From Macrostomum lignano (Eukaryota): a stretch of 64,000 nucleotides of DNA. The translations under genes and the position numbers were made by a program. Below the pieces are notes generated by a model that worked only from the letters and a program-made list of their open reading frames with translations, was not told the origin of the DNA and ran no database searches. Where the stretch lies: assembly GCA_002269645.1 (NCBI GenBank), contig NIVC01000846.1:62001-126000 (forward strand). The letters run 5' to 3'. This document shows, one piece after another, positions 1 through 13,014 of this stretch. Every line of letters starts with the position of its first letter. Position 1 is the first letter of the stretch.

Positions 1-149
1 CGGCTCGCTCTGCTCTTGATTAGGGATTTTTGAGCACAGTTTTTTAAATCAGATGATTTTTTTGTGGACTGATGCCCTCCGTTCCTCCGCGTTACGGACG
101 GGACTGAACGAGACTCGATAACCGTTTACTCTGGTCTCTGCTTCCCCCT

Positions 150-345
150 CTTCTCACCCTCTCTTCTCCCCTCTCTCACCCTCTCTTCTCCCCTCTCTCA
201 CCCTCTCTTCTCCCCTTTCTCATCCTCTCTTCTCCCCTTTCTCATCCTCTCTTCTCCCCTCTCTCATCCTCTCTTCTCCCCTTTCTCACCCTCTCTTCTC
301 CACTTTCTCACCCTCTCTTCTCCACTTTCTCACCCTCTCTTCTCT
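150..345. repeat. CT-rich minisatellite, 22-bp unit (CCCTCTCTTCTCCCCTCTCTCA)
   Basis: About 9 tandem copies read directly. Confidence 0.85.
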
Positions 346-1195
346 CCTATTTTTCTCTGAATAATCAGCAGAGAAGAAAAAAAGCAGAGTTCACAAGCCA
401 TATCCATGAAGCATTCTTCAAACCAGTCAGCCCCTGTCACTGCACACCAGGCCACGCATACGAGCCCCTCGCATGCCCTTCACATACGACCCGCAGCCAT
501 TGTCCCTCCCACGGAGCCTTGTGAGAAGCCCCGTTTTCTCAGAAACACATGGTCCAGCTGCATCCTCAATAAATGCCAGCGCCTCTGCCCCCCGCTCCTC
601 TCTCTCTCTCAGTCTTATAGCTACTCTGCCTTGCCTTCCCCCCTCTAGTGTCCCCAGAGCCTAATATTCAATCATAATTCTTGACTCCGCTCTCGCAGGT
701 AGACAAAATCTGAAGGGCTGTTGAGCAGCATTAGTTGAGCTCAATGACTCTACAGAGGTGACTATAAACAGACAGGGGGGGAGCTATAGAATTCAACCTG
801 TGGCTTTCTTTCTGCTTATACTAGACTGCTTTTTGTTGTTATTGAAGCTCGACTTTCGTTTATGTTTAGGTTTAGGTTTAGGTTTAGATTTAGATTTATA
901 TTTAGGTCAGGCAGCTAATCCAAACCAAATATTCAGTCCAAGCTTTTGAGCAATTAGGGCAGTTCTGAGATGGAGATCATTTGATTAACGATTGAGACTC
1001 GTGGACTTCTAAATTGCGTACAGCATATGGATTGGAAGCTCTATAAAAGTTAACAGGGACGTTGGCTACACACACTTCTCTTAAAACAGTTGGTGCGCTT
1101 CCAATCCATATTACTCAATATTTTTTTGAAAGTCCATGGACATTTGCAGGAGGGCTGTAGCGTTCTTTGCACACACGCGCACGCACAACACAAAC

Positions 1196-1399
1196 CTTTT
1201 GACGCCACGGTTCCTCTGGCTTCAATGAAGGCCTCCATCGGTCCGCCGCCGCTGCCGCCGGGCTCCATGGCCTCCAGGCTTTTTATGTAGTGCGACAGGC
1301 CGAAACTGTTGGCGGCTGCGGCTGCGGTGGCTTTTGATGCCGAGTCGCCCTCGGCATAGCTGTTGAAACTGGAATTCATTTGTTTAAGAAAGTATGGCA
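1196..1399 (-). CDS. Putative exon of an unidentified gene continuing off the left edge (MNSSFNSYAEGDSASKATAAAAANSFGLSHYIK...)
   Basis: Acceptor ctaacag| at 1400, donor AAG|gtttgt at 1195, GC-rich open frame with Ala/Gly runs, ATG at 1379 in aaacaaATG context; no family recognised. Confidence 0.45.
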
Positions 1400-1437
1400 C
1401 TGTTAGTTATTAATGACAATTAAAAACAAAATGGCAT

Positions 1438-1651
1438 GATAATAATAATTATGGGCAGATGTGCCACCGACAGCTCAGGCTGCGTACAGTCTAAGGACTG
1501 CAGGCACCCATTTTACAGCTGGGTGAACACTGAAGCAATGCAGAGTTAAGTGTCTTGCTCAATTAGGACACAAATTGTTCCAAGTGGGACGAGAATCGAA
1601 CCCCCGACCTTTCAGTCGTGAATCCGAAGCTCGAACCACTGGGCTACAACC
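1438..1651 (-). mobile_element. tRNA-derived SINE (MetaSINE/V-SINE-like core)
   Basis: Minus strand: tRNA-like head with B box GGTTCGATTC, then GTGTCC..TTGAGCAAGACACTTAAC and CACCCAGCTGTAAAATGGGT, (ATT)n tail; related copy at 60548-60842. Confidence 0.8.
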
Positions 1652-4299
1652 TAATAAAAACACATGATCAGTTCAATCCCAAAAATGGCACCGATCAGAG
1701 ACAAAATGATCACGCCAGAAAATGGCACCATAAAGATAGAAGGAAAAAAGTGACACAAAAGGACACAAAATGGTCAAATAAGGATTTACTGACTCTTGCA
1801 CGCGATAATGAGAGTTTCCAGCTTTTAGCCGGGCAATACTCGAACTGCCCGAACGAGTATCTCATCTCTCCCCTATTTAACAGCCGGTCAGTCCAGCCTT
1901 GCTGCTCCAGTTTCTCCCGCTGATAAAAATGACAGTTGCTGTCAAGAGCGAGCGGCAATGGGGGGGAGTGAATGAGGAAGAGCGGGAGATCTGACGAGAT
2001 AAAGGGCGCGGGACACGAGAGCTGACCATGCTCAGATGGGGAAGTTCGCCCATAATTGAGGAGATGCTTGGCTAGCGTGAGGCGCAGGGACACAGAGAGA
2101 GACTGCAAAAGGAGATTTAGCGAAAGTTCCGAGTCCCAGCGCTATGCAGTTTAGAGATTTCAAAATTTATTGTTAAATGAAATGGTAATAATGTTGAATA
2201 ACCGTTTATGCCTGTGTGCAGCGAGAAGCTCGGGTGCAGCTTCACCGGCTCGCGAATTAAACAAGCCGATTTCATAAGCCCAATGATAATTGCTGGGGCC
2301 AAAGAGCCCCTGGCAGGGTTTTTAGACCGCCGGCTGCATGGGGCTATCATCTCCGATTCTCAAGTCATAAATTGTTTTTCCGTGAACTGGCCGCCGCCGA
2401 GCTGGCGGGCTGGGGCTCTCAGATGGCAGCAGAGACAAGACGAGAGAGGGGAGGGGAGTGGGGAGAATAATGGGGAGTTTTTGGGAGAGCTGGATGGAGA
2501 GAGGGGGCCTGGGTGCGCACGAATAACTGCTGATGGATGAGGTCCAGAGGAGGCCCTCCAATTATCTCCCCAATTATCTTCTGCCTGTTGCTCCGGAGTG
2601 GCGCACAGTGAGAGAGCTGGCTCAGTGTTTAAACAGCACTGGGGCTGCATGAAAAACTCTTGGCCAGAGCCCAGATATAGTTTTGAGACAAATATATCGA
2701 AGTATATAGTCCCCAGCCTCATATCGATAATGTAGCAGCATTTTTATCCGTTTTTTTATTGTGCCACCATTAGCATGGATGCCGTTTTACAGAGCAGACC
2801 CAACTCAGTGCTCAGTGTCCGAGCAAAAACGACTGATCACTCCCTTGAGGATTAGCTGGCCCAGCGTCTCCCAAACAACTCTCTCTCTCTCCATCTCTTG
2901 GGACTAATTACACGGGAGGCCGGCCACTCCCCATTCTCAGCTTGTGTTCGATCAATCAATTATTTTCAAGTTTATATCCTACTGCACCGTGGAAGTTGCT
3001 GATCTTAATCGGTTCGGTGTTGAGCACACAGGCACATACAAGCCGAAGCCAAACTCAACACAGTTATAGTAGCAAGGCAAACCTAAGGTGCGTCCCCACT
3101 ATATAATCTGTACACTTCCGGTTGCCTGCTGTCGGCCTGGCATCCCTTATTGACAACATTCGATGACTTTTTACGCCTAAGAGAGCCGTCCGTCGCATAG
3201 AGATGCGTGTGTGCTCAGAGCATGCAGAAGCAGTAGTTTTGTTTGTATCCGGGGGAGGGGGTGCACAGGGTTAAAGCGCTCGTGGTAATTCGATATCGCT
3301 CCCGGTGAGCAAACATGTGGGAATGGCGCTAATCTATCGCTGATTCAGTTTTTAAAAACGATTTCCTCTCTCTCTCTCAGCCTCAAGAAATTATCCTAAG
3401 CAATAAATTTGCAGTCACGCGCGCGAAAATTTAATAGAGTGACGTCACTCGATAATTCATATAGCAATCTTTGCTCAATGTTATTGACCGGCCCTGAAGC
3501 AGGGGGGTGAGAAATACCTGTGCAGACAGGGAATTAAGAGATGTTTGCTCAAGTTTTCAGTGGGACACGGGCTGGTAGATAAGGTTTCGATCATGCCGCT
3601 CGATAATAGCGCAGCTCAACTTTAATCTTTAATAGCCTGGGCTATAAAACTAAGAGAAACAGAAGCTGCACAACCGGAGAAGTAGACAGAGATTTTGGGG
3701 AGAGGGAGACAGAGAAGTAGACAATAATCGAATGAAATTTAAAAGCTTACCTGCTGACCCGCTGGCAACCGGCTCCGTGGCTCATGGTAGGCAAAAAAAC
3801 TCTCTAGCTCAGCCGAAAAAGTGCTTATTGCTTATTTAAATCTGGCGGGTGACTAACGCAAAATTAAAGTCGACAGAGCGAGCGCAGAGTTTGCTCAGGT
3901 GTTGAAATAGGGGTGCTCAGGATTTTCCAGTTTTGAGTTGGGCTCCGCCACTTTTGGGAGAATTATTCCTCCTGAGCTCCCCCACCCCCAGCCCCGGTGA
4001 TCCCATCCAACCGCGGGGCGTCTGCCCTGCCAGAATGAGTAGCTTACTGAGCACGAGGGGAGAGTGTGAGGGAAGAATTAGTCGGTGGGGATCTGGCTTA
4101 ACGGAGGCCGGCCGCTGCGGCGGCGGAGGCGGCTGGCTTGATGCGGGAGCTCTCCTATTGGAGGGAGGCTGGAGGGACGGATGAAGCGCCGATATAATTT
4201 TCCCACCGGCTAATCTATCCAAGGATACAGCAATCTGCTTCTAGCTCCTTCCCCAAAAGGCCTTTGTAGATGCATCCCGGCAGTTTCCTGGCGCTGGAG

Positions 4300-5352
4300 A
4301 ATGGGGAATGGGACAGGGATCAGTGGAATGGCACAGGGGATCTGGGGAATGGAACAGGGATCAGGAAAATGGCACAGGGATTTGTGTAAGGTCACAGGGG
4401 TCTGGGGAACGGCACAGGGGCCTGAGAATGGCACAGGGATTTGTGTAAGGTCAAAGGGATCTGGAAAGTGGCACAGGTGTCTGGGGAATGGCACAGGGAT
4501 CAGGAAAATGGAACAGGGATCAGGAAAATGGAACAGGGATCAGGAAAATGGAACAGGGATCAGGAAAATGGAACAGGGATCAGGAAAATGGAACAGGGAT
4601 CAGGGGAATGGCACAGGGATCAGGGGAATGGCACAGGGAATCTGGGGAATGGCACAGGGATCTGGAAAATGGCACAGGGTATCTGGAGAATGGCACAGGG
4701 ATCTGGAAAATGGCACAGGGTATCTGGAGAATGGCACAGGTATCAGGGGAATGGCACAGGGATCTGGAAAATGGCACAGGGTATCTGGAGAATGGCACAG
4801 GTATCAGGGGAATGGCACAGGGATCAGGGGAATGGCACAGGGAATCTGGGGAATGGCACAGGGTATCTGGAGAATGGCACAGGGTATCTGGAGAATGGCA
4901 CAGGGTATCTGGAGAATGGCACAGGGATCAGGGGAATGGCACAGGGATCTAGAGAATGGCACAGGGATCTAGAGAATGGCACAGGTATCAGGGGAATGGC
5001 ACAGGGATCAGGGGAATGGCACAGGGAATCTGGGGAATGGCACAGGGTATCTGGAGAATGGCACAGGGTATCTGGAGAATGGCACAGGGTATCTGGAGAA
5101 TGGCACAGGGATCTAGAGAATGGCACAGGGATCTAGAGAATGGCACAGGGATCTAGAGAATGGCACAGGGTATCTGGAGAATGGCACAGGGATCAGGGGA
5201 ATGGCACAGGGATCTAGAGAATGGCACAGGGTATCTGGAGAATGGCACAGGGATCTAGAGAATGGCACAGGGTATCTGGAGAATGGCACAGGGGATCAGG
5301 AGAATGGCACAGGGATCAGGGGAATGGCACAGGGATCAGGGGAATGGCACAA
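4300..5352. repeat. Minisatellite, 20-21-bp unit (GGAATGGCACAGGGATCAGGG and variants)
   Basis: Tandem copies; explains the overlapping repetitive ORFs at 4301-5407. Confidence 0.95.
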
Positions 5353-6029
5353 GGATCTGAGGAGTGACAGGAATGACAACTTGCTGAAACAATTAACAAA
5401 CCAATAATCATACATTGATAACGCTACAGGGGGGGGGGGCAAAAATAGCTGATATCTGCTGGGAGAGCATTTCCTGTAGGAGGAGTTGCTCCCAGTTTTC
5501 TGGCCGCCTGACGCCATTCTTCACGAATTTCAGGAAGTAATAAAATGATTATGGATTGACGAATGCCCAAGGCCAAGACGGTCCGGGATCTGGGTCGCTA
5601 ACGGCTTTCAACCCCACCCTCCTAACAAAGATTTCGAATACCTTTTGTCATATCCATATTTCTTTTTCGGCCGAATCAGCAAGCTTCGCTTCAAACAGTG
5701 GCAATTTGGATAAAAATTATTTTTATAATTTTTTTCACAACTATAAACCGCTAGGGAGTCTAGATTTTTTATTCTGTTTTATATTGTTGCATATTCCTTC
5801 TAGCTGCAGCTTTGCTGGAATTACCGGAAGCAGCATGGGATCGAGTCGTGACGAAAATCATAAATCAGAGAAGCCTGTTTTAGCAGAAATTCGACAGGGG
5901 ACCATGGAAGAAATTATTGGATTTTATTTACGAATGCTTTCTGTCCCAAACAGCCTACTTTCAGTAAAAAGATAAGTGCTAATCGCTGAAAATAGCAAAA
6001 AAATTTCCAAAACAGTTCTCATACTCATT

Positions 6030-6700
6030 TTTTCTCCGTATTTCTCATTCTCATATACATGAATTCTCATCCTTATTCTCATATACATGAATTTTCATCT
6101 TTATTCTCATATACCTGAATTCTCATCTTTATTCTCATATACCTGCAATTCTCATCTTTATTCTCATATACATGAATTCTCATCTTATTCTCATATACAT
6201 GAATTCTCATCTTTATACTCATATACATGAATTCTCATCCTTATTCTCATATACCTGAATTCTCATCTTATTCTCATATACATATACATGAATTCTCATT
6301 CTTATTCTCATATACCTGAATTCTCATCTTTATTCTCATATACATGAATTCTCATCCTTATTCTCATATACCTGAATTCTCATCTTTATTCTCATATACA
6401 TGAATTCTCATCCTTATTCTCATATACCTGAATTCTCATATACATGAATTCTCATCTTTTTTTTCATATACATGAATTCTCATCCTTATTCTCATATACA
6501 TGAATTTTCATCTTATTCTCATATACATGTACATGAATTCTCATATACATGAATTCTCATCTTATTCTCATATACCTGAATTCTCATCTTTATTCTCATA
6601 TACATGAATTTTCATCTTATTCTCATATACATGTACATGAATTCTCATATACATGAATTCTCATTCTTATTCTCAAATACCTGAATTCTCACCCTCATTC
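6030..6700. repeat. AT-rich minisatellite, about 27-28-bp unit (ATTCTCATATACATGAATTCTCATCTTT)
   Basis: Tandem copies read directly. Confidence 0.9.
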
Positions 6701-6893
6701 TCATTTACCAGAGTTCTGATCCTTATTTACCAGCAGTCCCAAATCGGTCATGAAACAAAGACACAACCAGAAGCCCTGTTGTTGTGTAAAAAAAAATAAT
6801 AAAGTCCATAACAGGCGCAAGCAGTTGTTTAACAGGACATGAAAGAGGCAAATAAACAAATCGACGTAATGCCAAGCCTTGTTCTAACAATAG

Positions 6894-6899
6894 TTTATT
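6894..6899 (-). promoter_or_regulatory. Candidate polyadenylation signal (AATAAA) for INTS1
   Basis: TTTATT on plus strand about 600 nt downstream of the INTS1 stop codon. Confidence 0.35.
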
Positions 6900-7494
6900 C
6901 ACGTATTCAGAATTTTACAATTAATTATATGCATATTTATGTGAGTAAACGCTTGAAACCTTATGAACAGAACATATTACTATATTATAAATATGCATTT
7001 GTACAACATATTAATAGGCGAGTGAAGACATATGGTTACGGCATAGTTAACAGATAGGGAGCATAAATAACAAGGATATAACATAGATAAATAAAGTGGG
7101 ATATTAGCCCAAACAGGAGTTTAATCTAACAAGACAGCTGACCAAAATTCTAATAGGTAGAACTTTATTACACTAAGCAACAAATGGGCACTTTGAATTG
7201 AATTAAACATTAACAAAAAACAGAAACTGTCCGCATTTAACTACTGACAGACAGCAGTAGCATAGCAGAGATCGCAATACATTATTGTATTACAATATGG
7301 ACACGACTTTTGAATACGGTTAAAAAAGTGGGAAGTTAAGAGCGGACTCGGAGCGGGTTTTAGCAACCAGAAGAAGAAGACTGAAGGGGAAATGGCGAGT
7401 ACAAAGGAAAGACTGCGTCAAACTTGAACAGGATTAGTAATTGAGAATTTAACGCAACTGCTCATAAATTGTCTCAAACTGTGAGTGCAAGCAG

Positions 7495-8496
7495 CTATGC
7501 GGCCGATTTGCTCGCACTGTCCGAAGTTGATGGTGCATCATCCGCTGTTGCCAAGGCGCCCGACTGCTGCTGCTGCTGCTGATTGTCGGAGCCGGCAGCG
7601 TCGGAATCGGCGGCGGCGGCAGCGCCAGGCAGCAGGGCCTCCAGATTCAGCTGGTCCAGCGCCGCTCCGTAGGCCTTGGCAGCGTCAGGCACGCCTGCGG
7701 CGGCCAGCCGGGCCACAGCGGCCAGCAGAGCGGGCGATCGGTCCGGCCAGACGGAGGCCAGCTCGGGCAGGCAGGCCAGCAGCTGGGCTCGGGCGCCGGG
7801 ATCAGCGCCAGGCTGCAGATGTCGCAGCACCGCCGCTGCCGCAGCCGCATGTTCGGACGAATCGACGTCGGAGCCGCCGCGTCGCGCCTGCCTGAGCAAC
7901 AGCGTCAGAGCCGGGCCGCGGACCTCCGGACAGGCGTCGCCAATAAGCCGTTCGATGTCGCCGACAAAGCTGTCCAGCAGGTCCGGCCGGCGTCTGGTCT
8001 TGTCTTCCAGCTCGCGGAGTGCGTCGGTCAGGTCGGCCAGATTGTCCAGCTGGCGAAGCCGCTTGCGACAGTTGGCGATCAGGCTGTGCGACCAGCTGTG
8101 CCGGCCAGCTGATGCTGCGCCGGAGGCTGGAGCGGCGCCGAAGTCTAACACGTCGTCCTGGTAATCGGCGTCGCTATCCAGCCGACTGTCGATAGATTCG
8201 TCCTCGATGCCGCCGCTAGCGGTCAGGGCGGTCAGCTCCGGCAGCGAGTCGGTCAGATCCGACGGCAGCGAGGTGAGCTGAGGTCGCAGGCTGGCGAGAA
8301 GCCGGCGAGCCGGCCGCGGCGCCGCTGAAACGTAGGCGCGGAGTAGTAGCGCCAGCTTGGCGCCCAGCGGTATTAGGGCCACACGGGCATTGTCGCGGTA
8401 GCGATGAAGGGCCCGGGCGTAGCTAGACAGAATGGCGTCCACGGCTGGCCTGGTGGCATCGGACTGGTACAGCCGGGGGCCCAGGTGCTCCAGCAC
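7495..8496 (-). CDS. INTS1: Integrator complex subunit 1, last coding exon (7/7)
   Basis: Acceptor cctcag| at 8497, phase 0; VLEHLGPRLY... and ELEDKTRRRPDLL match the INTS1 C-terminus as recalled (LELLQPHVF, DEMSRRRPEIL). Confidence 0.9.
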   Translation of the reverse strand: MLEHLGPRLYQSDATRPAVDAILSSYARALHRYRDNARVALIPLGAKLALLLRAYVSAAPRPARRLLASLRPQLTSLPSDLTDSLPELTALTASGGIEDESIDSRLDSDADYQDDVLDFGAAPASGAASAGRHSWSHSLIANCRKRLRQLDNLADLTDALRELEDKTRRRPDLLDSFVGDIERLIGDACPEVRGPALTLLLRQARRGGSDVDSSEHAAAAAAVLRHLQPGADPGARAQLLACLPELASVWPDRSPALLAAVARLAAAGVPDAAKAYGAALDQLNLEALLPGAAAAADSDAAGSDNQQQQQQSGALATADDAPSTSDSASKSAA

Positions 8497-8616
8497 CTGA
8501 GGATTGCGAAAATGTAAAATGCGCTATTGAAAAATAGCTCGAAGCTTGCAGCAAACTACGATTCTAAGAAATAATGTAGTCTTTGTTTACAGGTGTTAGT
8601 CACTTCTATCGCTTTA

Positions 8617-8910
8617 TAGGTGTACAGATCCCAATACACCCCAGATTAGACACAGGTGCACAGAACCCAATACACCCCAGATTAGACAGGTGTACAGATC
8701 CCAATACACCCCAGATTAGACACAGGTGTACAGATCCCAATACACCCCAGATTAGACAGGTGTACAGATCCCAACACACCCCAGATTAGACACAGGTGCA
8801 CAGATCCCAATACACCCCAGATTAGACACAGGTGTACAGATCCCAACACACCCCAGATTAGACACGGGTGTACAGATCCCAACACACCCCAGATTAGACA
8901 CAGGTGCACA
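8617..8910. repeat. 36-bp minisatellite (ACACAGGTGTACAGATCCCAATACACCCCAGATTAG) in INTS1 intron 6
   Basis: Tandem copies; same unit as 13015-13935 and 15660-16575. Confidence 0.95.
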
Positions 8911-8957
8911 GTGCCTGAAGTGAATCTTAACAATTGAACACCTGAAGCTGAACCTAC

Positions 8958-11630
8958 CTGAACCAAGCAGCCAAACATGGCGAGTGGTCCTTGCCAGCGG
9001 AACTCGGTCCAGGGCAGCAGATAGCGGCCGCTGAGCAGAGCGGCAGCAACGGGCAGTATTGGGGGCAGCAGTCTGGGATGCCTGGCAGCCAGTACACGGC
9101 AGGCTGTAGCGCTGACAGCTTGAGTAGACTCGCATTGGCTGCCGATGCCAGCGAGGACCCGGTGCCCGTAGGCTAGCACAGCATCGCCAGGCTGCAAGAT
9201 CCGCTGCTCACCAGACTCGCCAGATGGCGGGCCCAGCATCGGCAGGCGGCAGTACAGCGCCAGGCGGAGTCGTCGTGCACCGGCTGAACTGCGACTGGCC
9301 GCGGTCAGCCAGCGGACGAGAGCCCTGGCGCTGGGACGGCCGCCACTGCCGGCAGACGACGGCGGGGCAATCAGGTCGGCAATGTCGACATTCTCTTCGG
9401 CGCACTCGTCTGCTAGCTGGGCGCAGATCAGGTCGGCCCGGCGCTCGATTTGATCAGCAGAGGGAGAGCCGGAGTCGGCCTCTCTGACAGCCAGCTGAGC
9501 CAGGCGCAGCAGCTCTGCCGTGCTGGCCCGCATCGGCGGAGGCGGCGGCAGCGCCTTGCTGCCGTGGTCGCCAGGCAGGAGCAGCCGGGGATGCCGCTGG
9601 CAGGCCTGATAGGCGTCTAACAACAGGCCGGCATCGGTCGATAATTTCATATCCGCATCGGCCAGGACGCTTTGAACTGTCCGAGGCAGCTCGGCCAGAT
9701 CCGACCGGTGCAGTAGCAGAGCGGCAACGTAGCGATTGGCTGAGCCCTGACGACAGCTCTGTTGAGCAAACACGTCGCTAGCCCGCGGGAAAGCCGGATC
9801 GGCCAGGCACAGATAGTCCATAGCGGCGCCGTTGATTTGGCCTTGGCCGGTTGCACCGCTGAGGCACAACTGGCGCAGCTCGTCCAGACTCTGGTCGGCT
9901 GGGTCCGCAGTCGATGGCAGCAGCAGCGATGATTTGGCGTCAACGCCGAGCAGGCTGAGCAGGGTCTGCCTGGCCGCACTATCCTGCGGCAGCCGATCGG
10001 CCAAGTCCTTGGCCATCCGGCCGGCGTGGCCAGGCGGGAACAGCTTGGCAAACAGCGGCCCGGCCAGCCACTGCTGACTGGCCAGCGACTGGGCAAAGGA
10101 GCTCGCCGATGACGACGATCCCGATGTCGGTAGTAGTCGGCGACGGAGCTGCTCCCGACATGCGGCGGCGAAGGATGAATCGGAGCCGGCTCGTTGGAGC
10201 AGCTGGCGGACTCGAACTCGGGACGCCCGGCGGCCGAGTTCAACAAGTGCGGGCAAATCCTCGGGCTTGACGCTGGCGCGGTGGTGCTGCTCGACGCCGG
10301 ATGCTTTTGCAGTGCCAACAGCGGCGGCAGGTGCCGGTACAGTCCAGCTGAATATGCCCGGCTGGCAGCTGTCAATCTCCATGGCACTACTATGAGTAGC
10401 GGCAGCGGCAGTCTTACCGTCGGCCAGTTGAATCAGCAGGCGAACGCCCGGCTGGTCATCGCCGAGCCCGAGACGCCTGGCGCACTGCAGCAGGCGCAGC
10501 CAGGGCACCGGGGCGGAGGGCCCCACTGCCCAGCTGGCTGGGCTGCCAGACGGACCGGACGCGAGTTCGGCCAGCCTGGCCAGCAGGGCGGATACGGAGC
10601 CGGCCGGCCAGGCCTCGCTAACGCTGGACAGCAGCCTGGCTAGTAGCGGCGGGCCGGTTCGCGAGGCGGCCAGACTGGCCAGACGGCTGTCGGCGCTGCG
10701 GGCCAGGCGGGCGAGCACGGTCTCGGGCATGACTAGGCTGTCGCATCCGTTAGCCAGGCGTTTGCCTCCGCCGCTGTCCGGCAACCAGGCGGCGATGAGT
10801 CGGGATCGATAAGGCTCAGCGTCCGGGCCGAGATCGAGCGACAGCATCAGCAGGTGGCTGAGCAGCAGCCGAGGCGACACGGGAACCGGCTGGCCGGCCG
10901 GTTTGCCCAGTCGAACCAACAGTGGCGCTTCGCCGTCCTCCTCTGGCCAGGGCTGCAGCAATGCCGGCCTGTCAACAGAGGCGGCGAAGGCGCGCAGAGC
11001 CAGCAGGGCGGCCGGCCGGTGCGAGGCGGCCAACCGGCTGACGGTGAGCGGCCGGAGCAGCACCAGCTTGGCCAGGTTGTTCAGGTAGGCCAGGGCAAGT
11101 CGGTCAATATTGGCAAGGCGACTTTCCAGCAGGTGCCGAGTGAGGAAGGCGATGTAGGCGCCGAGGGCCCTGGGGCAGGTCTCCTGAGCGATGCAGTCCA
11201 CTAACTGGCCGGCTAGAAATTCCAGCAGGCGGGGAAACAGCGGCAGTCTAGGCAGCCGGTCAAGCAGCCAGTGCTCCGCGCCGCTGTCTTCCACTACCGA
11301 CGATGACGTCTGCGCCTGCGGCGCCAGAATCAGCGCCAGACAGTCGGCGGCTGTGGCCCGGATGGTGGCAGACTTTGCTCGCAATCGAATCATAAAGTAG
11401 GACAGCAGTTGTCGGACATCCATTAGAACCTCTTCGCTGGCATCAGCGGCACTGTTGGCTAGGGAGGCCAGTCGATATAGCAGCTGCTGCCGCCGGTCTG
11501 TGCTCTGGCCGACGTGAGCCAGCAGGATCTCGGCTAGGCACTGCACAGGCAGGATCGACAGGCTCTGATTGCCCAAGTTGTCAACTAAGTGCACTAGCCA
11601 CTGCTGGCTGGCGCTGGCCCGGCTGAACAC
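8958..11630 (-). CDS. INTS1: Integrator complex subunit 1, exon 6
   Basis: Acceptor ctgcag| at 11631, donor CAG|gtaggt at 8957, phase 0/0; motifs LPVQCLAEILL and HPRLL..AALLSGR..EFR recall INTS1. Confidence 0.9.
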
Positions 11631-11702
11631 CTGCAGTTGGCGGCGGGGAATGGGCAGAGATTGGGTTATGACTAGTGACGGTTTGAGCGACAATAGCGAC
11701 GT

Positions 11703-12525
11703 TGCATGACCGACACATTCATCAATAACATGACCGCCATTCCTCAGCAACATGACCGATATATTCAGCGACATGACCGACACATGCATCAATAACATGA
11801 CCGCCATTCCTCAGCAACATGACCAACATATTCAGCGACATGACCGACACATGCATCAATAACATGACCGCCATTCCTCAGCAACATGACCAACATATTC
11901 AGCGACATGACCGACATATTCCTCAGCAAAATGACCGACATATTCCTCAGCAAAATGACCGACATATTCCTCAGCAAAATGACCGACATATTCCTCAGCA
12001 AAATGACCGACATATTCCTCAGCAAAATGACCGACATATTCCTCAGCAAAATGACCGACATATTCCTCAGCAAAATGACCGACATATTCCTCAGCAAAAT
12101 GACCGACATATTCATCAGCAAAATGACCGACATATTCCTCAGCAAAATGACCGAAATATTCATCAACAACATGACCGACATTCAGCAACATGACCGACAT
12201 ATTCTTCGACAACATGACCGACACATTCATCAGCAACATGACCGACACATTCATCAGCAACATGACCGACACATTCATCAACAGCATGACCGACACATTC
12301 ATCAACAGCATGACCGACATATTTATCAACAACATGACCGACATATTCATCAGCAACATGACCGACACATTCATCAGCAACATGACCGACACATTCATCA
12401 GCAACATGACCGACACATTCATCAACAGCATGACCGACATATTTATCAACAACATGACCGACATATTCATCAGCAACATGACCGACATATTCATCAGCAA
12501 CATGACCGACACATTCATCAACAGC
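11703..12525. repeat. 24-bp minisatellite (CATGACCGACATATTCCTCAGCAA and variants) in INTS1 intron 5
   Basis: Tandem copies; 8-aa periodic ORFs. Confidence 0.95.
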
Positions 12526-12541
12526 ATAACTAACAACTTAC

Positions 12542-12899
12542 CTGTATAAGATCCAACAGGAAGTCGGGATCTCTGGACCGGCACAGACGCAATCCGATGC
12601 CGTACTGTGCATTGAGCTTGCGCAGCTGGTCAATAGCCCAGGCGGGTGGCTGCCTGGCTGGTCCGCAGGGCGCGCAGTCCATCAGCCAGCCGAGCAGCCT
12701 AGAGCTGGCCTCGGTGATGTCGGTGCCAGCCAGCTGCATCTCCAGTCTAACAACGCCAGTTTTCTCGGCTTCAAGAGCGCGCAATTCGCGCATTCGAACG
12801 GCATCGGCGCTGAGGCCCTCGCGGAGGAGCAGAGACTGACAAGGGAACTCGTACATACAGGTCATCACCATCTCTAGTAGGCAGCGCACTGTTGGGTAC
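12542..12899 (-). CDS. INTS1: Integrator complex subunit 1, exon 5
   Basis: Acceptor atgcag| at 12900 (phase 2), donor CAG|gtaagt at 12541 (phase 0); YPTVRCLLEMVMT and RSRDPDFLLDLIQ recall INTS1. Confidence 0.92.
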
Positions 12900-13014
12900 C
12901 TGCATGGTTCGGCAACAGGTCAGATTCAAGTTACCATCGGTAAGTACTTAGCAACGATCCCATGCAGTGCGGAAAACACTTATGCTACTAGGATGTTACA
13001 CACTAGATTACGCC

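Noticed and set aside
863-905. (TTTAGG/TTTAGA)n telomere-like run
   Set aside because: Only about 7 degenerate units, not TTAGGG or TTTAGGG, and internal; an ordinary microsatellite
5556-5975. 139-aa plus-strand ORF
   Set aside because: TTG start, AT-rich composition, no recognisable domain or exon boundaries
9208-11400. Many GC-rich antisense or alternate-frame ORFs over INTS1 and Hmx exons
   Set aside because: Expected shadows of high-GC coding sequence; no independent evidence
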